Shown here: positions 1 through 13,687 of the stretch, piece after piece
Layout of the letters: every line of letters starts with the position of its first letter
How positions within the stretch are numbered: position 1 is the first letter of the stretch
Assembly: GCA_965153455.1 (NCBI GenBank)
Contig: OZ234493.1
Span: 22,496,213 to 22,560,212, forward strand
Direction: 5' to 3'
Source of the DNA: Sphagnum compactum
Taxonomy: Eukaryota
Length of the DNA stretch: 64,000 bases
Notes under the pieces: generated by a model
What the model was told of the DNA's origin: nothing
The model's database searches: none
Seen by the model: only the letters and a program-made list of their open reading frames with translations
Position numbers and translations under genes: made by a program

Positions 1-3000
1 CATTGTGTTACAATGTCATGACAACATTGTGTTAATAATTTATCAACATTTAACATTATTCACATTGTTAAAGTGTTGTAAAAGCATAGATACATGGAAG
101 GGGCAAGTTTGTGATGATGTTCATTAAAAAAAAGGTTGAAAGTTGAAAAAAAATAAAATTCCAAGAAATAAGAAATATTAGAACCTTCAAATTTATTTGA
201 CGAACATTTAACCATGTTTTTAATTTGACATTGTTATATGAAGAGGTTCATGAACTTGGATCCTACCTTCATAATTCAAGGATTTGACAATAGGGGACCA
301 CTTCTTTATCAAATTGTGGAATCATGAATGGAATGATATATTGTCATTCAAAACATGCATGTGCATTATATATATAAATATAACACCATAAAAATTGGAA
401 TTTAACCATAACAAGTTCAAGTTTCAACAATTTGCATGTTGATAGTTTAGCACAAAGAACCACCAAAAGTGTTCCAAATAAATATGGTCTTTTATAATAA
501 TGAGTGAATCTTGGTAAATTAGATGTAAACATATTCTACTTTTACAAGGACATGAACATATTCTTTTCAAGGACCCATCAACATCAAAACTTGCTATGAC
601 CAACATTTTAGTGAAATTCATTGAATTCATGCAAGAGATGAGAATGTAATGTTTCATAATAAGTACAAAAATATTATTAAATCTATATGATAAAATATTG
701 TTGTATGTTTGTATTAGTTGTTCATACCTACCTCTTCCAAGCCTAATGACCTCACTCCCTTTTCCTACTCACCTACATGGATATGAAAAAACAAATTAAC
801 ATTGCATTTTCATATCCATGTTATGTATATTAAAATAATTTAATAATCTACTTCTTTCAAGCCTATTTACTTAATCACTTTCTCTTGTGCATCGACATGG
901 ACATGAAAAATTTGACATAAATAATGATGAATTATGAACTACTGGGAACCATATGGGAACATACCCAAAAAGAATGAAAAAGAGTAGGGGGAGGGTCAAA
1001 TTTTGTTCAATTTGGAACCTTGCCCTTTGCGTAAGGACATTACATTTGTTGTATCAAATAATTTAGGTTGAAAATTGAAAATTTGGAATTTATATTCAAA
1101 ATATTAGTTTAAAAAATTACACACCTAATGAATAAAATCCATTATTTGATATTAAATCATCTAGACAATGTGGTTTAAGAAATGTAGCAAGCACAAAAAA
1201 TGGTGTGAACACATTGTCTAGATGATTTTATTGCCTCAATTTAAAGATATTGGGGAGGCCAAGATATTTGTATATAGTTGTTCATTTGTGTCAATAATCA
1301 CACAAATGACGATAGCATAATTGATTTAGATACACCAAAATGTTAGTGAATAACTTGATTTTCATTCATGTGAGCCTAGATAAAAATTTATGATATTAAA
1401 AAAAACAAGTAATAAATTCATCTATGGTTTTTGTACAATTAATTGATGTTTGTTTGCTTGTTGTTGTTTTTTTTTTCAATTTTTGTGATGAAGTTGAGAT
1501 GGTGATCATCCATAAGCCAATTTAGCCAACATTTGACATTAACAGTATATGAAAGGAAAAAATAATGTCCTAATGTTTTTTGGCTACCTACTAGAATCAT
1601 GTACATAAATATCTCAATTTTTAAAGATTTATATTGAATTTTGAGGATTTTTTCTCAAAAAATCAATGAATTTGTTGGATAGAACATAGATTTTGTGTTT
1701 TATTACAAGGGGAAGAGGATTAAGTAAATGCATTTATTAGAAGACAAATAATCTTTCTTTCTTTTTAAATGAATGAAATGGCATTGTGTCAATTTAAACA
1801 TTTAATAAACTTTCTTTTATGTAGGTAGACAAAGAATCAAACAAATCATGAATAAGAAATGCATTCAAAAATGAAGAAAAAAACATTGACAAAGCATGAC
1901 AAATCATTTTACTCAAATCTAGATGTGTAAGTATTCTTCTTTAAGGGTTAATGTGCAATGAGTCATATATTTTAGTTAAAATTTTAATTAGAAAACTAAC
2001 CCTCTAACATTATTTTCTTTGTATATTTTTTGGGTGTAATTTTTTTCCTACATATTAAAATGTAAAATTGAAGCAAAGATTTAAGTTAGATTTCTAAAAA
2101 ATAACTAGCATTTTGACATTACTTTCTTCGTAAAACTTGTGTGTAAATAAATGTTTTTAGAGATTAACCCATAAACATCAAGGCATACCAAATTGGGTTG
2201 CTCCAACACCATGCCACATTGCTTGTTGATTCCCAAACATGACCAAAAAACAATTGTGAATGGCATCATTGTGCATCTTTGATACATTTGCTATGAGAAA
2301 TCTTCCATTACAAGCGTGTGAAATTTTTTTGCATGAAAAGAATGGAGAAGAAGAGAAGCTCTAAGTTTCTTACTACCTCCTAAAAAAACTCAAGGAGGTG
2401 TTCAAGAATGTAAGGAAAAAGAAGTAATCGTGTTTCCAAATAATATCATATTGGCCTTTTATGTGGCATTTAATGTCATTTTCCTCTTGCGAGCTTCAAA
2501 CCATCCCTTTGGTGGTTGTTGTTTCTAAAAAAGAATGGTGAGAAGCCTTATGATGGTGATCATTACATTCTTTTTAGCAATTGTAGACTTGCTTGCTTGT
2601 TGGGTTGGCGATGCCCCTTTCTTTGCCCATTCTAATTCTTTTATATGTATAAAAGAAAAGGCTCGAAGTCCTCTACAACTCCACATAGTTGGGTTTTCCA
2701 AATGTTGATGTTTTATTTGATTTTGAAGCATATTTGTAAAGGTTGGTCCCTTATTAGAGTGGGACAATGTTAAATTAAAGGTTAATTTATAATTATTGAG
2801 GCAAAGATTTGAATTAGACTTTTTTAATAGAAAAACAATGAAGCACTTCGACATTTTTTATTCTTGTAAATTTTTTGGTGTTTGGTGTTTTAAAAATTAA
2901 TCGAATTTGAAAATGTGACTTTTTGTGCACCTCATATCAATCACATTTTTACCTCCTTTAAAATTTTCTTAGCAATTATTTTTTCCCTTGGGCTTTGCTT

Positions 3001-3099
3001 TCGAAAAGAATAATAAAAATCATATAAGCTTATAGTCTATTATAACATTGTTATGGCATATGCTACAAAATGCTTATGGGCTTTCTAGACAAAACAACC

Positions 3100-3480
3100 G
3101 TGTAATTTAAGGGTTTAAGGGTTTAAGCTTTTAGGTTAGGGTTTAAGATTGAACATAAGAGTTTGGGGTTTAAGAAAATTCTGTGTAGAAGAAGAAAGGT
3201 CGGCTTTTAGGGTTTGGTGTGGCACGCGTAGGCCAATGGTGTAATGGGTTTTAGGGTACTCACGACTTTTAGGGTTTAAGGAAACGCGGAGTTTATTAGG
3301 ACTCACGACATGTAGGGTTTAAGGCAATTCTGTGAACAACAAGGGTTTAAGGGTTTAGGGTTTAAGGAGATTCGGGTTTCAGGTTTTAGGGTTGAAGAGA
3401 CTCAGGACATGTAGGGTTTAAGGAAATTCTGTGGAGAAGAAGAAGAGAGCCAGGAATTTGGGTTGCAGGGTTTAAGGAAC
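3100..3480. repeat. Degenerate telomere-like (AGGGTTTA[A/G]) motif cluster upstream of the NYN-LOTUS gene
   Basis: Many AGGGTTTAAG/AGGGTTTAGG motifs interspersed with duplicated blocks (ACTCACGAC; GGAAATTCTGTG..AGAAGAAGA). The motif is the reverse complement of the telo-box AAACCCTA. Confidence 0.6.
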
Positions 3481-3511
3481 TCTCTCCTCTTGTCGAGGAG
3501 AGACTTTCAGA

Positions 3512-3514
<3 letters not shown>

Positions 3515-3545
<31 letters not shown>
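3515..3545 (+). promoter_or_regulatory. (GA)n microsatellite in the promoter/5' region; candidate BBR/BPC site
   Basis: Perfect GA run about 1.3 kb upstream of the NYN-LOTUS start codon. The regulatory role is inferred. Confidence 0.45.
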
Positions 3546-3548
<3 letters not shown>

Positions 3549-4807
3549 TTGGATGCAGCACCATCTTCTGAGAATTTGGTTTGGGTTCTGCAGTCCATCT
3601 GGTGGTTTTCATTTTCACGATTTTTGTTTCACCCCTTTTCGCTGCTTCCCATTAAGTTTGCAAACGTCGTTCGTTGCAAACAAAAATTCTGCAGCTTTTG
3701 GAGTGAAGAGATTGATGAGGGGAAAAAAAAACAAAGCATAAAAAGATTTGGAAATGCTTTGGATAAGGCTTCAACAACAACAACAACAACGGAAGCACTG
3801 ATTTGTCTCTGAAGACAAAAGAAAGAGCACGCTATGATAAAGTACCCATTTTCAACCCCGAAATCTGCAGATTGCTCTGTTGAAATCTTGGGAGTATGAG
3901 TCGGATGTAAGAGGGGAGAGAAACATTTTTCTTGGTTGAAAGAAACCACTTCGTCTTTGATTTCACAACTCGAGATGATCATCCAGAGATGATGATGATG
4001 TCTGAACAGACGCCAGAAGTTAGAGTTTAAGGCTTTAAGGGTTTAAGGGTATCGGTGTCTCAGTTCATATCCATAGAGCCCAGTTAGGGTTTCTTCAGAC
4101 CCCCTTTGTTGTGTGGACATGGGTTCTGATTTTGATCCATATGTGGTTTGGATCACTACAGTAACAATGCCTGCAATCTGGAGTCAATTGGACAAAGAAT
4201 GATGATCTGTGAATGGGATCAACTACTGGGTCACTTGTGCTGATGTTGATGAAGCTCCACAATCAAAAAATGAATGGAAGCAGCAGCAGCAAATTGTGGA
4301 TGTGTGGATTCAAGATCCCCTTTTGCAGATTGCTGTGGTCTGTCCTAATCCTCTGTTGGTAAGGTAAAAGACACAAACTCAGGTGTTGTCAGTCAGTATG
4401 TCAGCATTAGGCCTCTAGAAATCAAATTTCAGCAAGTGGGAGAGGGACTAAAATCTTTGATATATGCTCAGGGCTGGGGTTCAGAAAGGCACTCTGTGAA
4501 ATGAGGAAGGTGAAGCTGAGGAAGTGACTGTAATCTCATCTGGAGAAGTCTATTGGTTCTAGATGGAGATAGAGATCTTTGAGACATCTCCAGCCAGTTG
4601 GTCAGGGTCGATGAAGCACAGAAGCTCAATGTGGAATGGATATAAGACCACTGTAATGGCAGTGTCAGCTTGGATTGACCAAAAAGAGATGGAGTTAATG
4701 AAAGCACATTCTTCTCTGGCCTGTTTCAGCAATGGGTGACACAATCTCTGGGTTCATGCAATAGGAACAAGTTGAGGTGCCATCACTGTTTGTTCAATCT
4801 CCACACT

Positions 4808-7800
4808 ATGGTCACAGCTGTTTTATTTGGGGCATTAATGATGGCACTTCGATTTGGAAGTAAGAAGAGAGCTGCACAACTCCAGGATTGTGCTACTTTT
4901 TTCTCTCACAGCAGCACTGCTGTTCTCAGAGTCATGAGCCCTGGATTTTACCCTGGATATCACCATTGGTTTCATGTTAAAACCATTTACTCAGGAAAAT
5001 CTGCAACTGCACTGAGAGGTGCCAGATCCAACCTGGCACCTAGTTTGTTATCAGTGCAATTGTCAAGAATACTAGATCAAAGATCCTCTTTGAACTTCAA
5101 GCTTTGGACATCAACCCTGGTAGTACATTATGGTACAGGCAGTGATGTGGTCGCAAAGAAAAAAAGGGCACCCCCACATTTGTATGGTGCAGGATGGGAG
5201 CAAGGATGGGAAGATGTTCGTATTTCTGTCTGGTGGGATTTTGAGAATTGCCATATTCCAGTGGGGTTTGAAGTACACAAGGTGGGTTACAACATAGTTT
5301 CAGGGCTGCGGACAAGCGGTTTCAAGGGTCCAGTTTCAATTGCTGCATATGGTGATATACTGCAAATATCACGGAGTGCACAAGAGGCTCTCACCTCCAC
5401 TGGCATCCGCCTCTGCCATGTCCCTTGTGGTAGGGGACTATGCACTCTGTCCCTCTCTCTGTTTTATGAAGCTTAACCTTGAAACCTATGGTTCATCATA
5501 TAACAAATACAATCAGGAAAAGCTTATATATCTGATATCTGGGAGACAGCTCAGTGGTCAGACCTCCCAGAAATTCAATATGAAGTTAAAGACAGAATCT
5601 TGTCCAGCTACAAGAATCCTAGATTGGAATCGTTGTCATCAACCTAGCTAGAATGGGGGTTCATGGAGTAAAAAAGCCAGTATACAGTATGGGAACCTTG
5701 AGGCTTCTGAATCCGAACATTGAAGGGATGCACAATTGACATGCTTGATGTAGGCACTGGATCTTTCTACTTCTTGGAATTTTCCTTGTTATCCTGAGAT
5801 TTCTATCTTGTTTTCTGTGTTTTGTACTCACACAAGACCTCATGCCACATGCAGGAGGGAAAGATTCCACAGACAGAGCACTCTTGGTGGATCTCATACT
5901 GTGGACATTTGAACATCCCCCACCTGCACACTTGTTTCTTATATCTGGAGACCGAGATTTTTCAGACATGCTCCACAGGCTCCGGATGAAGAACTACAAT
6001 ATTCTGCTGGCGTGCCCATCTGGGGGTGTTGTGTCTCCTGCATTACTGGGAGCTGCTACTCATGTGTGGCGCTGGAATAGCCTTGTGAGAGGAGAAGGTC
6101 TGCAGGGTGCTTTTTCTTCTTTAGATCCAAAACCACCAGACATGACACCACCTCAAAACAATGGTGTACCTAGATCAGCACCATCAGACATGGTGCCACC
6201 TCAAAACAATGGTGTACCTAGATCAGAAGTCCCTCCTATTTCACCTCCAGCCTCTCCAGCCCAAGAAGAGTCCTCTACTTCTGCAATGCACTCAAAAGCT
6301 TGTGAACTGGACACAGCTGGCAAAACTGAGCAAAACAGATCTGTACGTGGGGTGCCAAAGTATGTGCTGCAGAAGCTTGAAAGGCTGTTTGACTCACATC
6401 CCAATGGCATTCTGCTTCATGATCTGCAAAATCACCTGATCCAACAGGGCATAAAATTTCAGAGGGATTTTTATGGGCATGGCCAGATTGTTCCATTCCT
6501 CCTTGCAATCCCAGAGGTTGTCAAAGTGGAGGGCCCTGTGAAGGATAAGAGGTCTTGGACCTATTTGCTCACTCCTACACAACGGAAAACATCATCAAAA
6601 CCTGACAGCAACACATTGGCAGATAAAGCTGACGGTAGTGGTGGCCAGCCACCAAGTCCTTCGCCTCAGGCTGATGTTTCTCATGAGAATCTTTTGTCAG
6701 CCGACAGGACTCAAATAGTGTCTGTAGAGGGATCTGGAACAGCACCTGCTGCACAGCAACCTGAAAGACCTCCATCTTCTTCTGAGAATGACATGGGATT
6801 GTCACCTTCACTACCCATGTCAATGTCTTCTGCTGGGAAATCAAAAGAGGAAAGTGGGATATCAAAAGATATTCACAATGTGAAACCAAAAGATTCTGCA
6901 TCCCCCCAGGTGCATCCACAAAGTTTGGAACTGAAGCCCATGCCCTCAGCCCCTCAGGAAGAACTAACACATCCCATGGATGGCTTAGGTTCATCACCAA
7001 CACCTGCAGTGCTTGTTGATGATGTCAGTCAAGCACACAAATCCTCTTTTTGGACTTCCTTCATTCAAGCAGTTCGGGGTTGGGTTCGAAGAAGGGAAGT
7101 CTCTGTTGAGCGAGGTAGATTCCATTCTACTGAAGTACCCATCAAAACATTTGAAGCTCATTGTCTCAGTTTAGCCAGAGGCTATTAGACATGTGTTGGA
7201 ATGTGTTATGGTTTTGGATTATTTGCTAATATGCTTTCCTTTTATATGTGCAGGTCAGTTGAGGATGAGAATCAGCAAAAGCGATGCCATTAGAGCTGGG
7301 ACAGATGCTGTAGTCCCAGAGGCTCACATGACAACTTTTAGGCCACCATCACATTCATCATCAGCCAGTAAGAGTCTGGGTGGGAATGATGACACTGGGC
7401 ATGGGTGTATTGGAAAGGTAGGTGAGGCTGAAGAGGCTAAGTCCAAGGAAAATGACAGACAGGCACTTGCAGGCAGAGGGAATGAAGGTCAGGCTGAAGA
7501 GCTAAGGTGTAAGGAAAAACTGAGTGAAGAATCGAAGCAGAATGTTGCCATCCCTGCTGCTGCTGAAGAGTCTAAAGGACCTACTAGTGAGAAGCTGGGT
7601 ACTGATGCCAAAGATGGTGATGCAAGTGTGTCTGTGAGTAAGCCAGAGCAACAAGATCCTTTGGAGGTCAGAAAAGCGTATTGGAAAGCACTGCTCTTTA
7701 GAATGGGAAGGATACAGACAACAGTGTCGTCCTCAAATCTGCCAAACACCTCTGAGTGTAAAGACTTGCATGTTAATGAGGAGGAACTTTGTAAGCAGAC

Positions 7801-10538
7801 ATGGAATGAGCTTCTTTCTCAGTCTGAGAAGGCCATACCACTGACTGAAGAATCAAATCCACTACTGCCACGGTCGGACACCAAACGCACCTGGAATGAC
7901 TTTTTCTTTGGACCTAAAAAGAGCGAGATTCATTCGCTGCCAAGTGTGATGAATGAACCAGTAGTAGTAACAACAACAAAATCTGCCACAGAGATCGAGA
8001 AGCGGCTTGTACATCAGACTGAAAGGAATGACACAAATTTGTCTCTTGATCCACCCTCAGATATGATGCCCTCTCTTTCTCAACAGATAAATCTAGCAGA
8101 CTTCCCTACTTCAAGTACTGAACTGACAAGCATGTCAAAGGTTTTGGTAAATGTGACTGAAATGCCACAGTCGCAGAAAAAGGATCCACAATCAGATGGG
8201 AAGATCACAGGTTCATCAGGATTAAGCTCTGCTGAAGAAAAGTCACAGTTGCAGAAAAAGGATTCACAAGCAGATGGGAAGATGACAGGTTCATCAGGAT
8301 CAAGCTCTACTGTGGTGGCACCTCCACCAGTGGCTGAAGGTCTTCTGACATCTCCATCTGCCTCTACTGTTGCTGAGCAGGGTTACCCCAGTTTCCAACA
8401 GTTTCAAGTGTGGCTTGGAGGTAATTGCTTCTCTTGTTTGGCAAAGGACAATGCTGCAAACATAATAGGTCCAATGCTCCTTAAGTGATTTCTGGTCAAG
8501 GCACCAATTTCAGCATTGGGTAGTTTTTCTTCTGCTTCTGTTTAATGTAGTCAGTAGCTTATCATGCTTGAAATGGAAAAGACCTGTCTCTCATGAGCAG
8601 TGTTGCGATGTAACAAGTTAAGGTTCTTCTTACTTACAATAATGTATGAACAGGTTTTTTGGAGCGATCTATTGCGCACAATCCAACTGTGCAGAGACGT
8701 GGGATGGACATCTCTGACATAAAACCAGCGTTTGAAAAGGAATTTGGGATGAAACTTGACCCTCGGGCTTATGGCTTCTTAAAAGTGAAAGAGCTGGTTG
8801 TTGCAATCCCTGACATTGCAGAAGTTGTCTGTCCTAGACATGAACAGGTGTTTCTGTTTCCAGTTAAAAGCTCTGCAATCAGAGGCACGGCAAAGAAGTC
8901 CCATCGGAACTTGAAGAATGACTGTGAGCAGCTTCTGCGGAAGCTGTTGTTGGAGAATCCTCAAGGCATTCCAGCCAGTAAACTGAAGCCAGCATTTGCA
9001 AGCCATTATGATTATGTGCTAGATCATCGCAGCGAAGGATACCCAAGACTCTCTGACTTGTTGCGACTGATGCCAGATGTTGTCATGATCACACAGAGTG
9101 CCACAGGGGTTCAGCTTCTTGCTGCTTCAAACCAGCTCCGTGCTGATTACTCCATCCAAACAGGAAGTTCCTTTGAACCTATGACAGAAGGACCTAAAAA
9201 TACTACCCCTGAAGAACTTACAGATGAAGGTGAGGAATCATCTTGTCTCCAAGAAGAGCTTCCACCCCAAGCTTTGGATGACCAAAGTTGTTCCACCATA
9301 CCCTCAGAACTTGAAGCACCTGGCTTAGCTCCCTTCAACCCAGGATCTCAATCTTCAAGCATTTGGGAGACACCCTTGAGCTCAAAGGAGTCACCTTTGA
9401 CTCAAGACCAACCTTGCAATAGATTGCAAGAGCCAGCTGGCTCCTGTCTGCTAGAGGAAACAGTTGCCAGAGATGAAGATGAAGGTTCCAGTGGTGCCCA
9501 GCATTCTTTGGTCTGCAAAGTTGAAACTACAATAGCAGTCAATGCACCTGATGACCCATCACCTCCTTATGTGAAACCTTTACCTGAGAAGTCTGTGTTA
9601 TTGATGACAGTGTCAAGTCCTTCAGAAGAGGTTGATGTTGAGAGATTGAGTGAAGAAACCAATGTGGCAGAAGATTTTCGATGGGACTCAGCAGAGTCAG
9701 TGATAGTGACCCATCCAGAGCATTTTGCAGGTGGAGCTCTTGCCTACTGTCCTGGGTATTGAAAAATGCTGCTTGTTGCATGTGAATGATATGGGTTGTA
9801 TCTGGACAAGAGTCTGATTGGTCTGGGTCTGTTTCTGCAGCGATACCTGAGGCAGCAGGAGAAGCAACGGATGAAAAACCAGTAGAGATTGAAGATTCTT
9901 TGACACAACCAGAAACTTTAACTTCAGGTGCTGTGCAATTGCATGGAGCTTGTCCAAATGCCACTGGTGGAGTCATTGCTGAGAAAGAAGAAACCTCCGT
10001 ATGGAATTCTAGTTCCAATGTCAGTGAAATTGAAGCAGATACTCCATCATCTTTGCAAGCGACTGAAAGTTCAGACAGGAGCAGCTTTTTGGAAGAAGAG
10101 CATTGCAGTACCGGTGAGGTAGCAAATGCTGTTGATGGAGACAATGGCATCTCTGGTGGTTCACAACCACTTTGTGGTGGGGATGCTCATGGTAGTTTTA
10201 CTACCCATGCAGGTGATAACAGTTTTGTCAACATTGACAATAGAAAGAATGACGTTAGTGGGAAGGATGCTTGTTACAATTCAAGTGAGGAACATATGCC
10301 ACCAGCCGAATCCTTGGCCATGACCAGGGAGGTGAGCAATACAAGTGAGTCAAATTTTGAATTCAGTGGTAGTGGAAGTTTGGAGAAAGTAGACACAGAT
10401 GTGATGGCTCCAGCTAGTACAAGTGGTCAAGAGGATCAGGCTCAAGAAGAAGACCAGGCCAATGATGTTTCCTCTGCACCTCCAATAGCAGCACCTAAGC
10501 CTGTAAGAAAAAGCCTGTGGCAACGCCTGTTTGAGTGA
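4808..10538 (+). CDS. NYN-domain endoribonuclease with three OST-HTH/LOTUS domains (MARF1/MNU/DNE1-like), ~1607 aa. Exons 4808-5429, 5855-7114, 7254-8420, 8654-9730, 9841-10538
   Basis: NYN motifs VWWDFENC, AYGD, VPCG|GKDSTD and LISGDRDF. LOTUS-like units HPNGILL..FYGH, GMDISDIKPAFEKEFG..AYGF and PQGIPASKLKPAF..EGYPRLSDLL. Four GT-AG phase-1 introns join the given ORFs into one 4824-nt frame. The start could also be 4838, and the last acceptor could also be 9810. Confidence 0.85.
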
Positions 10539-12184
10539 AGGCCCCACATTTGTTTTGTAGCATTTCAGTTTGTTATTTTGCCACTCGGATAATGAAATTT
10601 AATTCTCTGATTCATAATGACATCGCCTCATGTACTTGGCATGAAGGTGAGATTTCAAAAGGCTTCAATGTAAAGGCCATTATCATCAAGTGGCATGAAC
10701 CCCCTTGTGCACCGATGTCTTCAGCACTGAAATCATGATTGTTGCTGTTGACGCACATTGTTCTATGTTTTCAATTCAGTCTTGCAAGGATGATGTCTTT
10801 GGGATTTCATGAGGTACCCAATGATCTGATAGTATTCTCAAAAAGCTTCTCAATTTGTGGTTTGGGTATTCCGACAAGTACCAGACCTGTGATTGATGTT
10901 CTGTCTTAAGTAATTCTCAAGAGGGTGAGTTGGAAAAAACCAGACCCTGTTGAAATTGCCAATAATTTATCCCTGCTCTTGTTGAACATACAGTGCAATG
11001 CACTCCTAACTGTACATTCCAAATTTTATTGAGACTTTGTATTTTATACTTGATTGTTGAAATTCTGAAGTATTCAAAGTGGGATTGCTGGACCCTTTTT
11101 TCCCAAATAATCAAAATTTGTGACAAAATCTGCCCATCATTAGTGCGAGGAACAGGAAGTTCTGAGCATGGAAGTTGTCTAGCAAGCTTAAGCTTCCCAA
11201 CAGAATTGAAATTCAAAGTTCTTGAGATCCCAAACTGGAAAAGCTAGCATCTGGAACAATTTTCTTCGACGTTCAACAGGAGGTTAATGCTCCAATCTAA
11301 TCTTATTGGATACATATGCACTAACTACTAGGTATGATGATGCTCAAACAAAGCCTGTAACCCACTAAGTAAAAAGTTATGAGGAGCTTTAAGATCTCCA
11401 CAAATTCTGGAGCAACTGAGAAGCCAGTGATTTGTGTGGAGGCAATCCTAGGACTTTGCTGAATGTGAAATGCAAAAGCCATAGAAATTAGGTTTACATT
11501 TGAGCAATACCCAAAAGCTTAAAACTTGGGTCACTAACTTACCTTCTCCTATCACATTGATGATTTTATGGTTTCTCTAAGGGCGAATGTCTTCTTCCCA
11601 CCAATTTGGTCTCCAAAGTGCTTTCTTGTTGCCTTTGAAAAGCTTCCAATTACACATGCATCACATTGGTTGAACATGTGAATTTTGTCTTATGATCTCT
11701 TTCATGGGGGAGATTTGCCTTTGTGGGTGGTGGGTTTGAAAGTTTCCAAAGTTTTCTGAAGCTCTAGGTTTGCATGGCATCGACACCCAAGCTTGTTGTT
11801 GCCTTGTGCCTCTAGATTTGGGTTTTGCTGTTGTAGGATTTGGTGTTGTGTTTCTATTCCTCTTTCTTTGCAATTTTTATTATTATTGAGTACTTGTAAT
11901 TGTTGTTGTAATTACTCTTTTGTTAGGCTTAGGATTGTTGTCTAATTTTTTTGTTTCCTTGCACAAGTTCTTGCTCGGTTCAAGTCTTTTTGTGGGTTCT
12001 ATGTTCCTTCCAATTTTTGTGTTTTGAACTTTGAATATCACTTTCATGTACAATCGCCATTCTTTCTTCATGTTCCTATTGAATGATAAAATTTTCTCAT
12101 TGGATCCATCACATTGTTGTTCCTTCCTATTGAATGTGAAAGTTGCAATAGGTGGAAGAAACATTCCAGTTTTGTGTACACACC

Positions 12185-13687
12185 ATGGTCGGATCAGATC
12201 ATGAAGTGGAATGCATAAGGGATGTGAATAGGTTGGCAGAGGAGGCACTTGCTAATGCATGGAAGAGGGACTTTTCAGGTTTGTTTTTTGCATCTATCCT
12301 TGTATTGTGGTTTGGTTTTTTGTTAATAAGTATCAGATTTGGGCACATAGAACTATGGCCGATTATTTGGGGACTTGTGCTTTTTGATATTTGCAACAAG
12401 GTGTTCAACTTGTTTGTGATATCATCGTGTTCCTCGTTGTTCCAAGGACTTGCCCATGAATCTCGTCATGACTTCACAAACATTGCCATCTCTCTCATGC
12501 ATTCAACTATTATCTCCCTCGCAGGTAAGGTATGTGTGTATTCTTTCTTTCTACTTTCATATCCAACTTTCTTATTCCCCTAGTGGCAACAACTTTGAAA
12601 TAGATTTCACATATAATGCACATTCTAAACTATGTGAATTTTTGGGCAAAAAAAGACCATGTTCTTTTAGCCATTAGCATTTGTAGTAGTAACAACATTC
12701 ATGAGTTTGAAGGAGAAGTGCAAGAAAAACTCACAAGCTAAACCTACGACAATTAAGTCATCATAATTGTAAGGATGAAAGCATTTGCATGACTTAATTT
12801 GTACATATACATGTAACAACAAAGTGTATTGATTGTGGGGATTTGGAAACAATAGTGGTGACATTGATAGCAAGGGAGGCACAAGTGTTTGGGTTGGAAA
12901 GAATGTCATTGCATGAGGTTTTGTATAGCAAGCCTTGGCCCGGAGCACACATCACCGTGGGAATTTCATGTGGCTATTTTGCTTATGATCAATGGGACAT
13001 GTTGCGAAAACATCTTTACAACCCTAGGTCACCATCACGTTTCATCCACCATGTTATCCTCCTCATTTGCTTCACTCTAGCTATTTACTACAACAACTGC
13101 ATCAACTATGTGACCCTTATCCTTGTTTGTGAGGTATGCAATATATGACCTTTTTCTTTCCATTAAAAGGTGTAATGTAATTGTCTTATATCATTACATT
13201 CCTCCTTAGGTGATAACACAAAGCCAATATACAATGTACATTGTTATAACTAATGGCCACCTTGCAATGGTTGTGGATTGAAAACCTTCACATGCCTATT
13301 ATAAATTTATTATATTACCTTGTTGCAATCATTGGTGTACAAGTGATGGGTAAATAAATGATAAAATGTTTTCCATGGCAGGTACATAATGTAATCTTGC
13401 AATTGCGAAAAGTTCGTAAATTGTTGTCAACAAAACAAACTAGGCATTCATGGGGAAATTCAATGATGTGGTTTTTGAATTGGATGACTTATTTAACCAC
13501 TAGGTTAGCTTTCCACTTTTGCATCACAATGAAGCTCTTCCATGATGCTTCCAAGTTCCCGCTAGGGTTTGAGTGGTCAATGAAATTCATGGGCATGTTA
13601 AGTCTCAATGTTTTCAACTTGAACTTGGGTAAAAACCTTTGGAAAATCTATAGGAAGGAAAGATTTTGTGTCCGACTTCAACAATAG
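12185..13687 (+). CDS. TLC (TRAM/LAG1/CLN8)-domain membrane protein, 307 aa. Exons 12185-12524, 12856-13133, 13382-13687
   Basis: Motifs SLMHSTI, SCGYFAYDQWDM, HHVILLICF, CE|VH and NWMTYLTTRL, plus several hydrophobic helices. GT-AG junctions give an in-frame 924-nt CDS. Confidence 0.8.

Noticed and set aside
1..3000. Short ORFs in AT-rich DNA, possibly ancient transposase debris
   Set aside because: No diagnostic motif or termini could be recognised.
9539..10150. 203-aa antisense ORF, and similar antisense ORFs within the NYN, glycosyltransferase, HGH1 and mTERF genes
   Set aside because: These are shadow ORFs of real coding exons with no independent support.
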